Assembly (NCBI GenBank): GCA_001723645.1
Contig: MDLC01000015.1
Coordinates: 1-57,238 of the forward strand
Direction: 5' to 3'
DNA: 57,238 nucleotides
From: Candidatus Endobugula sertula
GTDB taxonomy: Bacteria; Pseudomonadota; Gammaproteobacteria; Pseudomonadales; Cellvibrionaceae
Positions 32,937-43,137 of this stretch are shown one piece after another. The notes beneath the pieces are model-generated. The model was not told where the DNA came from. It saw only the letters and a program-made list of their open reading frames with translations, and searched no databases. A program made the position numbers and the translations under genes. Position 1 is the stretch's first letter. Each line of letters opens with the position of its first letter.

Positions 32937-34193
32937 TTATTGTACACCCAGTGTTTTTAGTTTCTCCACAGCGGCTTTTCCTACATTTCCACCTGTCTGC
33001 GAGGCTTTTCGGTAGTAGTTGATAGCTGATGAGCGTTGATTATTTATGAGTGCAATTTCACCGAGATAATAGTTAGCAATACCAGTTTCCAGTAAACGGT
33101 TACTAGCAATTAAATCTTTTTGTGCAGCCTTGTATTGCTGATTCTGCTGGTGACTTAAACCGCGATAGAAAAAGGGAGCAAAATAACTCGGTTCGAGTTT
33201 TTCAGCACGATTGTAAGATTGTATTGCTCCATGATAATCTTTGGTTTCATTGAGTAAGCGACCAAGAGTAATATGAAAGCGTGCTTCATTGGATTGTTGT
33301 TTAATAGCGAGGCTAGTCAGTGTTTGTGCTTTAGCCCAGTCTTTCTTTTTTGCTACTTTTAAGGCATTAGCATGTAATTGATAGGCGGGTTGATCGTTTT
33401 TAAGCTGGCGAATGGCATTTTGGTAAGCGGCTTTATTGCGTTTTCCTTTAGGCAATTGCTTAGCGCGTTGCTGATTTTTGTTCACGCGTTCTGCAGAAGG
33501 AGGGTGACTGGCCAGTAGCCCATCAAGCCATCCCCCTTGTCCCCCCTTTTGAGAAAGTTTTAGAAAGGTTTGTTGTAACTCCACAGCCGCCTGAGGATCA
33601 TACCCTGCCTTCACCATATAATTAATACCATAGAAATCGGCTTCCAGCTCATCGTCTCGACCATACCGGGCATTGACGGCTGATGCTCCCAGTCCTGCGA
33701 GGGTGCCATAGAGGTTATTATCAGAGGTTTGAGAAATAATATCGACACCGAATTGTAGCAAACTATTGCGGGACAACTGATTGGCACCATGTCGAGCTGC
33801 TGCATGAACTATTTCGTGCCCAAGCACTGCAGCGAGCTGAGCTTCGTCTTCTAACAGCACCAGTAAACCACGGTTTATAGCAATTTTACCGCCCGGCAAG
33901 GCCCAAGCATTGGGTACATCATTATTGAGAACCACAAATTCATACGGTAATTCAGGACGATCACTGAGTTTGGCTAAGGTTTGTCCAACGCTATCAATAT
34001 ACGTGTTTAGTTCAGGGGCAATCATATACCGCCCGCCTTGGGACTGTTGGCTGGATTTATATTGTTGTGTTCCTATAGCTAACTCTTGTTGAGTACTAAC
34101 CAGAGAAAGCTCTCTTTTGCCGGTGACTGGGTTCATTTCACAGCCGGCAAACACAACAGTGCTTAATAGCGTAATAAATAATCTTTTATACAT
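32937..34193 (-). CDS. M48-family zinc metalloprotease lipoprotein with C-terminal TPR repeats
   Basis: Lipobox VFAGC, HEIVHAAARH (HExxH) and EADFYG. The C-terminal half is rich in TPR-like repeats. Confidence 0.85.
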   Translation of the reverse strand: MYKRLFITLLSTVVFAGCEMNPVTGKRELSLVSTQQELAIGTQQYKSSQQSQGGRYMIAPELNTYIDSVGQTLAKLSDRPELPYEFVVLNNDVPNAWALPGGKIAINRGLLVLLEDEAQLAAVLGHEIVHAAARHGANQLSRNSLLQFGVDIISQTSDNNLYGTLAGLGASAVNARYGRDDELEADFYGINYMVKAGYDPQAAVELQQTFLKLSQKGGQGGWLDGLLASHPPSAERVNKNQQRAKQLPKGKRNKAAYQNAIRQLKNDQPAYQLHANALKVAKKKDWAKAQTLTSLAIKQQSNEARFHITLGRLLNETKDYHGAIQSYNRAEKLEPSYFAPFFYRGLSHQQNQQYKAAQKDLIASNRLLETGIANYYLGEIALINNQRSSAINYYRKASQTGGNVGKAAVEKLKTLGVQ

Positions 34194-34311
34194 ATAAGAT
34201 CCCCTTCTTGTTGACGTATAATAATGCCTATTCTTGTCTTATGTCACAAGCTATTATAACCAAACGATCCGAATAGATGATTATCATCACCGTAAAAAAA
34301 CAATATTGAAT

Positions 34312-34797
34312 ATGGCTGCATTACAAGTTATTGAGTTATTCGCCGGAAACGATCCTCAGGGGCGAGCTATCGTTGAACGTTTATCCGTTCGACAAAACGA
34401 AGATAATAGCGTTCAATTAGTCAAATCTCCCGCTTTTATTCGGGGTCTTGCCAGTGGTGGTGATAAGATTCAGCTGGTTCCAGATACGAAAGAGTTTATT
34501 ATCAAACAACATAGTGGTAATTTGTGTATTCGCGTTTATGCGAAACAGGGCCTGGAAGCGATTAATGAGCAATTAACCCCAGAATTTGAAAAGCTCGGTG
34601 GTGAGTTGGATACCGAAACACCTCGCTTTCTTGTTTATAGTATCCATGTCAGCTGCGGGTTTAAAACCATTGAATTACTCTTAAATCGACATGTTGGCAA
34701 TAACCATCAAGCGATGTGGGCCTACGGTAATGTGTATGACCCTGTCGATGGTGTTACCCCTCTGAATTGGTGGAATAAAATTCTACAGCCAGAGTAG
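34312..34797 (+). CDS. Hypothetical protein
   Basis: ORF from the first in-frame ATG (MAALQVIELF...). No family recognised with confidence. Confidence 0.5.
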   Translation: MAALQVIELFAGNDPQGRAIVERLSVRQNEDNSVQLVKSPAFIRGLASGGDKIQLVPDTKEFIIKQHSGNLCIRVYAKQGLEAINEQLTPEFEKLGGELDTETPRFLVYSIHVSCGFKTIELLLNRHVGNNHQAMWAYGNVYDPVDGVTPLNWWNKILQPE

Positions 34798-34847
34798 TCG
34801 TCGCGTGCTAAACACTCAATATTTGATTCAGTAAACAGGTATATATT

Positions 34848-35621
34848 ATGTTAATGGTAATTTCTCCCGCTAAGAAGTTAGAGGTTGAAGGCCCGTCTGC
34901 AACCCAACAAAAATCTCAGGCAGCCTTATTGAATGATGCGCAAATACTGATCGATGAATTAAAACAATTGGCCCCCCAGGATATCTCATCGTTGATGAGC
35001 ATCAGTGATAAATTAGGTCTCTTAAATTATGATCGTTATCAAGCATGGCAATTACCATTCTCACTCGACAATGCAAAACAGGCAATACTTGCATTTAAAG
35101 GAGATGTTTATGTGGGTTTAGAGGCCGAGTCTTTTAGCGTTGATGATTATACCTTTGCCCAACAACATTTACGTATTCTATCAGGCCTTTATGGTGTATT
35201 ACGCCCATTGGACTTAATGCAGGCCTATCGTTTGGAAATGGGAACTCGGTTTGAAAATAGTCGTGGTAAAAACCTTTATGAATTCTGGGGGGAGAAGATT
35301 ACCGGAGAACTCAATAGGCAGCTAAAAAAGAATAAAAGTGATATCTTAATTAATTTGGCATCAACGGAATATTTTAAGTCAGTGAAACCTGCCTCCTTAC
35401 ATGCTGATATTGTTACTCCTCTTTTTAAAGATAAGAAAAGCGGTCAGTATAAAACCATTAGCTTCTACGCCAAGAAAGCAAGGGGCCTAATGGCGGCTTA
35501 TGCGATTCGTAATAAAATAACCGATGCTAGGAAGCTAAAGAAGTTTGATGTGCAAGGGTACTCTTATAATGCGGAGATGTCGAAAGAAAATGAATGGGTG
35601 TTTACCCGAGAGGAGATATAG
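34848..35621 (+). CDS. yaaA: Peroxide stress protein YaaA (UPF0246)
   Basis: N-terminal MLMVISPAKKL, SGLYGVLRPLDLMQAYRLEM and FYAKKARG motifs. Confidence 0.9.
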   Translation: MLMVISPAKKLEVEGPSATQQKSQAALLNDAQILIDELKQLAPQDISSLMSISDKLGLLNYDRYQAWQLPFSLDNAKQAILAFKGDVYVGLEAESFSVDDYTFAQQHLRILSGLYGVLRPLDLMQAYRLEMGTRFENSRGKNLYEFWGEKITGELNRQLKKNKSDILINLASTEYFKSVKPASLHADIVTPLFKDKKSGQYKTISFYAKKARGLMAAYAIRNKITDARKLKKFDVQGYSYNAEMSKENEWVFTREEI

Positions 35622-35637
35622 CGTTGTCGGCTCCAAC

Positions 35638-35730
35638 AAGAGTTATCCGTGTACGTTTGAGTTTTATAGTCTCGATCTCAACCCCATTGAGTATCAATGG
35701 GCACAGGCTAAAGCCATAAAACAACATTGA
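35638..35730 (+). mobile_element. IS630-family transposase C-terminal remnant
   Basis: ...FYSLDLNPIEYQWAQAKAIKQH* matches the conserved YSPDLNPIE..W..LK tail of IS630/Tc1-type transposases. No upstream catalytic domain is present. Confidence 0.55.
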
Positions 35731-36316
35731 TGCTCTATGGACGTCTCTATTCGCATGAAATATGACAAATGATAAGTGAATAGCTGGAGAAGCCTCCTTT
35801 TATTTTGCACAATAAATCCACTTTCTTTCGCTATCAAAAAACATAACGTAAAGTTAGTTAAACAATTTTAGCAACGCCATGATTTTTCAGTATATAGTCG
35901 TTTTATGGTTGCGCTTTAATTGGAAGTGTAATGTGATATAGTTCAGGTACTGGCATGTGGTATTCGTCGATAATACATCCCAGAAGCAGAGAGTGAATAA
36001 ACAGGTGAATACCAGTAAATAATAACAATAGTCATTCTGCATTCTATTTTTATGCAGACATTTGGCAGTAAACAGAGGTCCATCATGAAATTTGATGTTC
36101 TAACAGTCACCGCACTATTATTTATAGTGGGTGTTTTAATGAGTAGCTTAGGCATTACAGAAGATTTAGTCAGCCAAAGCAATATGGCTCCGCCATCGGC
36201 GCTACAGCAAGGCATTTCAACGCATTAAAACACCATAGAGCATCGTTAATAGGAAATGAATTAATAGTGCTTTATTCAACTCGCCGTTAAATTATCGTAA
36301 CGAGGGTCGATTAACA

Positions 36317-36862
36317 TTAATTAGTTACCACGCAATCCAGGGGTACATCCCAAGGTTCTGGAGTAATTTTACGCACTTGTTGAAAATAATAGGCCACCCC
36401 CATCATCAGTGCACGACGTTTAGAACCACCCCTTTCAAAGGTTTTATCATAGTAGCCCCCTCCCATACCAATACGGTGATTGTACTTATCAAAAGCAACT
36501 AATGGTGTTAGTACCAGATCCAAACTGCAGGCTGCAATAATACTGCCAGAGACTGGCTCTAAAATTCCATATTTATTAGACTCTAGTGGTGTGGTGGGCG
36601 TGTAGTTGACGAAAGCCAAACGCTCCTTTTCTATAACGGGCAAATAACAGGTTTTTCCTTGACTCCAGGCTTTTTTCAACAGAAAACCAAGACCAATTTC
36701 ACCTTCGTTAGCTAGGTAAAAAGCAATATGACGACTTTCTCGATAAATCTCAGTCTGTAATATGTTCATAGCCAACTCATAAGAGGCTCGTTTTTGAGCA
36801 CCCTGGCCTACAGCACAACGTCGCCGACGCATATTTTGTCGAATAGCATTAGCTGGCAACAC
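36317..36862 (-). CDS. ygfA: 5-formyltetrahydrofolate cyclo-ligase
   Basis: IRQ..R.RR N-terminus, a GMGGGYYD motif, and synteny downstream of ssrS. Confidence 0.88.
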   Translation of the reverse strand: MLPANAIRQNMRRRRCAVGQGAQKRASYELAMNILQTEIYRESRHIAFYLANEGEIGLGFLLKKAWSQGKTCYLPVIEKERLAFVNYTPTTPLESNKYGILEPVSGSIIAACSLDLVLTPLVAFDKYNHRIGMGGGYYDKTFERGGSKRRALMMGVAYYFQQVRKITPEPWDVPLDCVVTN

Positions 36863-36964
36863 AAAAACTACCCTTTGTCAATGATAAATCACACGTTTTT
36901 GAAAACACTCCTGATAAAGAATAATGAACTAGGCCGCTAGCCTTGTCCATATAGGAGATAAGAA

Positions 36965-37145
36965 ACAGGAAAGTATCCCAAGAATGCCGCTGTCATAATG
37001 GCCTTGAACCGTGAAGTTCAAGTGGTGGTCTCTGGCAAGCATTAGGCTTTCCGTAGTACGGACATGCACACCAACAAGCACGAGAAACCTCCGGAAGTTG
37101 TAATATCGGCTCAAGGACGATGACTGGCAAACACCTCAGGACTCA
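36965..37145 (-). ncRNA. ssrS: 6S RNA
   Basis: The minus strand contains blocks matching remembered E. coli 6S RNA: CCTTGAGCCGATATT, GTTGGTGTGCATG, GGAAAGCCTAA and CTTGAAC..GGTTCAAGG. The termini are complementary. The conserved zapA-ssrS-ygfA synteny holds. Ends are approximate. Confidence 0.85.
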
Positions 37146-37189
37146 TGACTATTATAGACAACTAACGCCAACAATAAAATGGAAGGCAT

Positions 37190-37471
37190 TTAAAGAGAGA
37201 GAATCTTTTCCACTCGATTGCACATGTCGTTAACCAGCTCTTGGTCCAGAGGTTCATTGCGCTGAGATAAATGTAACACCTCGTGGGCAAGATTCAATGC
37301 TGCCATTACCGCGATTCGCTCAACACCAATAACATTACCAGACTGGCGGATAGTTCTCATGCGATTATCAAGCTCAGTGGCCGCTTTCAACAAAGAATCA
37401 CGCTCTTCGCTGGGACAGGCAACTTGGTAATCTTTATCCAAAATATGTACAGAAAGAGTTTCTCTTGACAT
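37190..37471 (-). CDS. zapA: Cell division protein ZapA
   Basis: 93 aa. VHILDKDYQVACPSEERDSLLKAA..LD..M is typical of ZapA. Lies upstream of ssrS. Confidence 0.88.
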   Translation of the reverse strand: MSRETLSVHILDKDYQVACPSEERDSLLKAATELDNRMRTIRQSGNVIGVERIAVMAALNLAHEVLHLSQRNEPLDQELVNDMCNRVEKILSL

Positions 37472-37472
37472 A

Positions 37473-37694
37473 CTAATTCACCCCTTCTTTCAGACTTTTA
37501 AGGTGCTGAATCATGGATTCCACACGTTTACGCACTAACTCATTTTTTTCGATGAGGTGAGCGCGCTCATTCAGCCATTGCTGCTCACGCTTAAGTAGGG
37601 ACTGATTATCCTCATGCAACTGCGAGCAGTGCCTGATAAGTTCATCCAGTTTCTGAGAAAGGTCTTGTAAGTTATGCTCTGTCATAGGCGACAA
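37473..37694 (-). CDS. Small coiled-coil protein (ZapB-like / zapA-associated)
   Basis: 73 aa with a heptad-rich sequence. Immediately upstream of zapA, with a 1-nt gap. Confidence 0.55.
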   Translation of the reverse strand: MSPMTEHNLQDLSQKLDELIRHCSQLHEDNQSLLKREQQWLNERAHLIEKNELVRKRVESMIQHLKSLKEGVN

Positions 37695-38330
37695 TTAAAC
37701 GATGATCTTGAAAAAACTGCAAGTTATTCAACCAGAATCTTTTGCAACAAAAAGTTCGAGGTGTCATTTTTACCACCCAGTAGATAGAAATCAGGGTTCA
37801 ACAGGTTATCCCTGCCATTGTAATTCAATTGGCTGAAACATCAAATCGACGTTGACCATAGTTCTCACGATGTTGATCAAACACGTTTTTCAACATGGTG
37901 AATTCAATGGGTCATTGCAACACTTAAATGGTAAATGCCCATTATTTGAGATTGTCTACGTGTTCCCACCAAACCAAAAGAAATTTTACCATCGGTCATG
38001 TGGGCTTTATAGTCGCAGGGTAAATCACTCAGTGATGTTAGGATACGGATTCATTGCAAAAGACAGGAGGTATACAACCTAAACCAGTCACCAGAACGAA
38101 ATGGGACGAATTTCTGATCGATAGTTCTTTGGTAACGACTCAATCAGCAACTCCTTGTTTAAATTCTTCTGTATAGCATTGTTTACTACTCGTAGTTTCA
38201 CCTCATTAAGTGGTGTATTTTCTCTTAATTAAGAGTCTCGTGCTATTACAAAAGTGACTGACTCGCTATTATCTCACCTGACAAGCTGCCATAATATTAT
38301 ATATTGAAACATCGGTAACATGACGAAAAC

Positions 38331-38987
38331 ATGACAATAGTTAACTGGAACAAGATTGATACGGTTATGCTAGACATGGATGGCACACTGTTGGATCTGC
38401 ATTATGATACATACTTTTGGACGAATCATTTGCCTCAACGTTACGCTGAACTTAAACAGATTCCCGAAACCGAAGCAAGACATCGTTTAAATACTCATAT
38501 CCGTTCATTGAAAGGCACTTTAAACTGGTACTGCCTCGACTATTGGGCAACAGAGCTAGACATTAATATTCTCACCCTCAAAAGGGAGATCAAAGAACGC
38601 CCTTATACAAAGGAATTTTTGCAATTTTTGCAGGTCCAAAAAAAGCAGGTGGTATTAGTCACTAATGCCCATCCGGTTGGTCTTAATATAAAGCTGGGTG
38701 AAACGTGCATTGGAGATTATCTCGATCATATTATTTCATCTCATCAGTTTAGTGAACCCAAAGAAGCCCAGGCATTTTGGCATCACTTACGAAACCACTT
38801 CCCCTTCAATAGCCAACGCACTTTGTTTATTGATGACAATCTGACTATTCTAGAATCAGCTAAAGCCTATGGTATTGCTTATATACTGGGTATCCATCAA
38901 CCTGACAGTCAAATTGAGCGCCAACTTGAAGGGATACCTGCCATCTATCACTTTAATGAAATCATGCCCGATAAGGCTATCGACTAA
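38331..38987 (+). CDS. HAD-superfamily hydrolase (YrfG-like nucleotidase)
   Basis: Motif I MLDMDGTLLD, VLVTNAH and FIDDN. 218 aa. Confidence 0.8.
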   Translation: MTIVNWNKIDTVMLDMDGTLLDLHYDTYFWTNHLPQRYAELKQIPETEARHRLNTHIRSLKGTLNWYCLDYWATELDINILTLKREIKERPYTKEFLQFLQVQKKQVVLVTNAHPVGLNIKLGETCIGDYLDHIISSHQFSEPKEAQAFWHHLRNHFPFNSQRTLFIDDNLTILESAKAYGIAYILGIHQPDSQIERQLEGIPAIYHFNEIMPDKAID

Positions 38988-39161
38988 CGGGTTGTGCACC
39001 TCATGATTATGCTTTTCACTTGGTGCTTACGTAAGTATTGTGGCAAGCGATTTATTTTGTTACGAACTAATATGGATGCTCTCGCTAAAGACGTTGATTC
39101 ATCCCCCGATGATTACCAGTGGGAAAGGGCTGACCGCTTTAAAGTCGTTATCACTAAGGCG

Positions 39162-39326
39162 TTAAGACGACTTGAGATTAAAAACCAGTGCTCGAATGCC
39201 TACCTGAAATTGCACTTTCTTTAAATCTCGATAACGAACGTGTTTGTTGCGATGCGCAAACACATGTTCATAAGATGATCGCATCGCAGAAAACCAGCCA
39301 TCCTTACGACGATCTTTTCCTTTCAT
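39162..39326 (-). mobile_element. IS5/IS1182-type (DDE) transposase C-terminal remnant
   Basis: Hand translation ...MKGKDRRKDGWFSAMRSSYEHVFAHRNKHVRYRDLKKVQFQVGIRALVFNLKSS* fits the R..vEhvF...K.....RyRgL.K.......l.a...NL tail of these transposases. No catalytic domain lies upstream. Confidence 0.5.
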
Positions 39327-39440
39327 ATTGTTCTTTTGGGTCGTCGCGTTGTGGCAGCCTTTGTGCTTGAGTGCTCATAACCGTTCTCCTTTTTGTGTCG
39401 CTTTTTTGATACGGTAGAAAGTTGGATACTGCTTATTTAT

Positions 39441-40397
39441 CTATACGTTTATGCAATACCATTGAGGTGTTTTAATCGCCTGTAAATATCGCTTCGACTG
39501 CTTATCCCTTTGTAGAAACATGGGTGATTCATTCGTCACTTCAAAACCAAACTGTTTCGGTAAGCTGGTATACATTGACTTTGGCGGCAAGTCATAAATT
39601 TTTTTAATCTTTCGTCCTGTATCAAAGGTATGATAATAAATGATAGAAATTCCCAGTTCATTGCGAATAAAACGAATGGCTGCCGCTAATGATAATTCAG
39701 CCCAAAGCGTTTTATAAGGTTTTAGAATGACCTCTGCATATTCTTTAATATCTCCATATTCACAATGAATGCCATTAATCACATCGCCGGGTTTTGCCGT
39801 GTTTTCCTTGGAGAGATGTTTGTTTACGTGCTCCAGATCTCTATTGACGTCGCGTAACCAATCATTTTGCACCTCCTCAATTAATGCTTCCCCAGTAGAT
39901 AAATCTGCATCGATTCTTACCCATGACAAGGTTTTACGATAGCCCCTTCTAATAGGGTGACCTCTAAACTCAAATGGACCGTAGTTATCTGAAGGCTTTA
40001 ATAAGCGGTGATACTCCTGATTGTGCTTATTATCAAAATTAATTTGCAACACCAAATTCTGCTGATTTCTCGAAGTCTGGTCGTAGTCTCTGTCACCCTC
40101 CCCCCAGCGATCCAATGTTAGAGTAAAGGCCAGCGTGCCTTCATTCCAGTAAAGTGACACATCATCCTTGGTCAACATACCGTTACCACAACGTTTAGTA
40201 ATATTTTTCACTATAGGCTTGGTGGAAAAGCGTTGTAAAGGCGGCTTGTTTAACTCGCGTACTTGTAAGCTTTGCCTTTTGTTGTTTTCCATATACCAAT
40301 TAATCATATCTAAACAATAGCGGTCTTTAAGATAATAAAAGACTCTTCTTTCGTCACCTAAGCAATCGAGTATTTCGTCTAATTCTTTCTGTTTCAT
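39441..40397 (-). CDS. Uncharacterised protein, paralog A of the rtcB-prfH-linked gene
   Basis: 318 aa. Colinear with ORF 41581..42474: [104 protein letters not shown]. Confidence 0.7.
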   Translation of the reverse strand: MKQKELDEILDCLGDERRVFYYLKDRYCLDMINWYMENNKRQSLQVRELNKPPLQRFSTKPIVKNITKRCGNGMLTKDDVSLYWNEGTLAFTLTLDRWGEGDRDYDQTSRNQQNLVLQINFDNKHNQEYHRLLKPSDNYGPFEFRGHPIRRGYRKTLSWVRIDADLSTGEALIEEVQNDWLRDVNRDLEHVNKHLSKENTAKPGDVINGIHCEYGDIKEYAEVILKPYKTLWAELSLAAAIRFIRNELGISIIYYHTFDTGRKIKKIYDLPPKSMYTSLPKQFGFEVTNESPMFLQRDKQSKRYLQAIKTPQWYCINV

Positions 40398-40677
40398 AAT
40401 AGTACTTCTGATAGGAACATCTGATTAACCGATAAATATTTACTGAAGTATTTGTAAATGGGTCAATCTAGATAGTATTACATTCAATGTTTCACATTTT
40501 CTTATCGCTACTCAAGCGATAAGTCATTTTAGACAATTCTCACCTTTTAAACTGATAACAAATAGCGTTTAGTCAGTACTCAATTGGCTAAAGAGCACTT
40601 CATAAATACCGCCTGCGCATTTTTAGCCAAATTGTTATAGCGCACTTTCCGATATCCAAATGGTGACGTTCCATTAA

Positions 40678-41022
40678 ATGACAAAATTTACAAATGGTCG
40701 TCTCATCAGCGACTATCTCGCGCTGAGGCTTTGGGATAAAAAGGTTCAATGGTTTTACAAAGTGCTGACCAAGATAGAATCTCGTTCATTGGCTCCAGAA
40801 ACATCTCTTTGCGAGTCTTCTTACGACATTTTTCAAATTCTTGGTAAAATTGGCGGGCATAAAAAACACCGTAATTTAATGCGAATGATTTCAGAGCAAC
40901 AAAAAGCTATTGCTGAAATAAAAGCGGCGATGATTGCCGATGAGGATTTCGCGGAGAAATTCGCGGCTGAATTATTGGATGAACAAACCTATAAAAAAGT
41001 CATGTCTATCTTTGTACCGTGA
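40678..41022 (+). CDS. Hypothetical protein
   Basis: 114-aa ORF. Its stop overlaps the next ORF's start. No family recognised. Confidence 0.4.
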   Translation: MTKFTNGRLISDYLALRLWDKKVQWFYKVLTKIESRSLAPETSLCESSYDIFQILGKIGGHKKHRNLMRMISEQQKAIAEIKAAMIADEDFAEKFAAELLDEQTYKKVMSIFVP

Positions 41023-41255
41023 GAGGGCTTTTTGCTAACCCCCTTCATAGTGAACCAGAAGAATTAAAGGATCGGAGTTTGCCTGAAAGTCCTTTGGTGG
41101 AGGAGGATGATCCTGCCTTGGCACATTTGACCTATGAGAAAAAGGTCGAGGTGATTAAATCGTTATGGAAGATGATGTCATTGATGGTTGATATGGCGTG
41201 GGGCCTGGATAGTACACAACAATCTTTAACCGAAACCTTCCGTGGAACTGGGTAA
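41019..41255 (+). CDS. Hypothetical acidic protein
   Basis: 78-aa ORF, coupled to the preceding ORF. Confidence 0.35.
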   Translation: MRGLFANPLHSEPEELKDRSLPESPLVEEDDPALAHLTYEKKVEVIKSLWKMMSLMVDMAWGLDSTQQSLTETFRGTG

Positions 41256-41306
41256 GATTCTGGAAGTGTGGTACGACTAAAAGATAGCAAAAGGAGGGTA
41301 AAGAAT

Positions 41307-41390
41307 ATGGCAGAAGTCACAAAAGCATTAATTTATTGCCGTGTATCCAGTAAGAAGCAAAAGCAAGGGGACGGCTTGGAGTCAGGAACA
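41307..41390 (+). pseudogene. Serine recombinase N-terminal remnant
   Basis: A strong RBS aaggaggg precedes MAEVTKALIYCRVSSKKQKQGDGLES, which carries the catalytic-Ser motif Y.RVSS..Q of resolvase/large serine recombinases. Similarity ends after about 28 aa. Confidence 0.5.
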
Positions 41391-41580
41391 CCGCCGCCAG
41401 ACCTTACAAAAAATGAAAGCTTGTTATTGAGGAAAAAGCGGCGAATTCGGTCAAACCGCAGCGAGGTCGTGACGATACTTATATGTTCATGGCACCATAA
41501 GTTGGCCACCTTTTGACACCATAGATTGGCCGTTTTGTATAATATTTGTTCATTTGGTGCGTTTGTCTCCTGATCATACT

Positions 41581-42474
41581 CTAAATTGATAGGCGATACC
41601 ATTGGGTATTTTTAATAGCCTTTAGATATCTCCTAGCTTTTTTGTGTTGTTCTAAAAACCTAGGACTTTGACTGGTTACTTCAAATCCAAATTGCTTTGG
41701 TAACTTTGTGTACATAGATTTGGGCAGCAATCCGTAGATTTTCTTAATTTTTCGCCCTGTGTCAAAAGTATGATAATAGATGGTCGAAATACCCAGCTTG
41801 TTGCGGATAAATTGAATAGCCGCTAGTAGTGAGAGTTCCGCCCATAATCTCTTATAAGGCTCTAATATGACTTCAGCATAGTGTTTAAATTCATTATACT
41901 CACAGTCAATACCATGGATAATATCGCCGGGTTTTACTGTGTTTTTCCCAGCATAGCACCTTGTAACACGCTGCATATCCCAGGTAACTCTACGGATCCA
42001 ATCATTTTGTACCTCTTCAATTAATGCTTCTCCTGTCGTAGGATCAAAATCTATTCTTACCCAAGATAATGTTTTGCGGTTATTTTGCCTAATAGGATGC
42101 CCTCTATATTCAAATGGGCCATAGCTATCATAAGGTTTTAGTAAACTATGGTAGTGTTGGTTATGTTCATTGCCAAAATTGATTTGTAAAACCAGATTTT
42201 GCTGATTTCTAGGTGTTTGATCATAACCTCTTTCGCTGTCACCCCACCGATCAAGTGTTAATGTAAAAGTTAATACATCATTGGGCCAGTAAGATTTAAG
42301 ATTATCTATTGGTAAATAACCATTGCCGCATCGTTTGATAATGTTTTTAACAATCGGTTTTGCGGCAAATAACTCTAAATAATAGCGATCCTTAAAATAA
42401 TGAAAGCCCCTTCTTTCATTACCTAAGCAATACAGTACATCCTCTAAATATTTACTCGTTAAAATCTCTACCAT
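41581..42474 (-). CDS. Uncharacterised protein, third gene of the rtcB-prfH operon (paralog B)
   Basis: 297 aa. The start overlaps the prfH stop by 23 nt. Shares long identical blocks with 39441..40397 but lacks about 25 aa near the N-terminus. Confidence 0.75.
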   Translation of the reverse strand: MVEILTSKYLEDVLYCLGNERRGFHYFKDRYYLELFAAKPIVKNIIKRCGNGYLPIDNLKSYWPNDVLTFTLTLDRWGDSERGYDQTPRNQQNLVLQINFGNEHNQHYHSLLKPYDSYGPFEYRGHPIRQNNRKTLSWVRIDFDPTTGEALIEEVQNDWIRRVTWDMQRVTRCYAGKNTVKPGDIIHGIDCEYNEFKHYAEVILEPYKRLWAELSLLAAIQFIRNKLGISTIYYHTFDTGRKIKKIYGLLPKSMYTKLPKQFGFEVTSQSPRFLEQHKKARRYLKAIKNTQWYRLSI

Positions 42475-43135
42475 AAAAAGTACGTATAGGTTTACCCCTT
42501 TGCACTTCGTAGTGCTGTGACCATCGTGAACGTTCGAGTGATTTATTTTCTAAATCGTTTTGATTTGCCAGCAATAGTTGCAAACGCTCTAATGCGATTT
42601 GCTTATTTCTATGCTGGGAACGGTCTGATTCAACACGCACTTTTAAACCAGTTGTGCGATGAGTGATACGAACCGCACTATTGGTCTTATTGACATGTTG
42701 ACCACCTGGCCCTTTTGACCGCATAGTCTCCATATCGACTTCCTTCACTAATTCGTTGAACGTCTTCATACTATTACTAGGCATTGATAATGTCGCAATA
42801 CCCACGAACCAGTTGATGCGTTTATGCTTAGGTCGATAAGGGCTTTCACCTTGCCATTTAATAGTTCCTTGCCATTTATGAGCAAACCCATCAACCCCTT
42901 TGCCTTCTAAGCGGATCAATATCGACAAAAATGCATCAGGCTCAATCAATGTCTGATTTCGCAATAACTTATCAAATGCTAAGCTCTCAACGATTTCAGC
43001 AGACAGATTTTCTCTGTATGCTTCATCCAATAGAACTCGACTGAGCTGAGCAATAACCCAGCCGCATTCTTTAGGGCCTTGACCAGCCGTCAGTTGTAGC
43101 CATACAACTGACGATTTTTTATGCTTTGTTTCCAT
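42452..43135 (-). CDS. prfH: Peptide chain release factor H (PrfH)
   Basis: 227 aa. The RF-like GGQ domain reads [20 protein letters not shown] without a codon-recognition domain of RF1/2 size. Lies 2 nt downstream of rtcB, as in known rtcB2-prfH pairs. Confidence 0.88.
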   Translation of the reverse strand: METKHKKSSVVWLQLTAGQGPKECGWVIAQLSRVLLDEAYRENLSAEIVESLAFDKLLRNQTLIEPDAFLSILIRLEGKGVDGFAHKWQGTIKWQGESPYRPKHKRINWFVGIATLSMPSNSMKTFNELVKEVDMETMRSKGPGGQHVNKTNSAVRITHRTTGLKVRVESDRSQHRNKQIALERLQLLLANQNDLENKSLERSRWSQHYEVQRGKPIRTFYGRDFNE

Positions 43136-43137
43136 AT

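Noticed and set aside
36085-36228. A 47-aa hydrophobic ORF (MKFDVLTVTALLFIVGVLMS...) with an agagg RBS.
   Set aside because: It is too short, with no supporting similarity, and it sits in an AT-rich region next to an IS630 remnant. There is not enough evidence to call a gene.
36929-37114. 61-aa ORF between ygfA and zapA.
   Set aside because: The region matches 6S RNA (ssrS) blocks and synteny, so the ORF is spurious.
37700-38330. A 630-bp stretch without a credible gene, considered as a degraded gene. It holds track ORF 37852..38082, and the minus-strand frames have many stops.
   Set aside because: Stop spacing looks random in all frames and no family motif was recognisable. It is left as unannotated intergenic DNA.
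38994-39370. Plus-strand ORFs 38994..39224 and 39188..39370.
   Set aside because: No family signal. The opposite strand carries a recognisable IS5-type transposase tail, so these are probably chance frames in a degraded IS.
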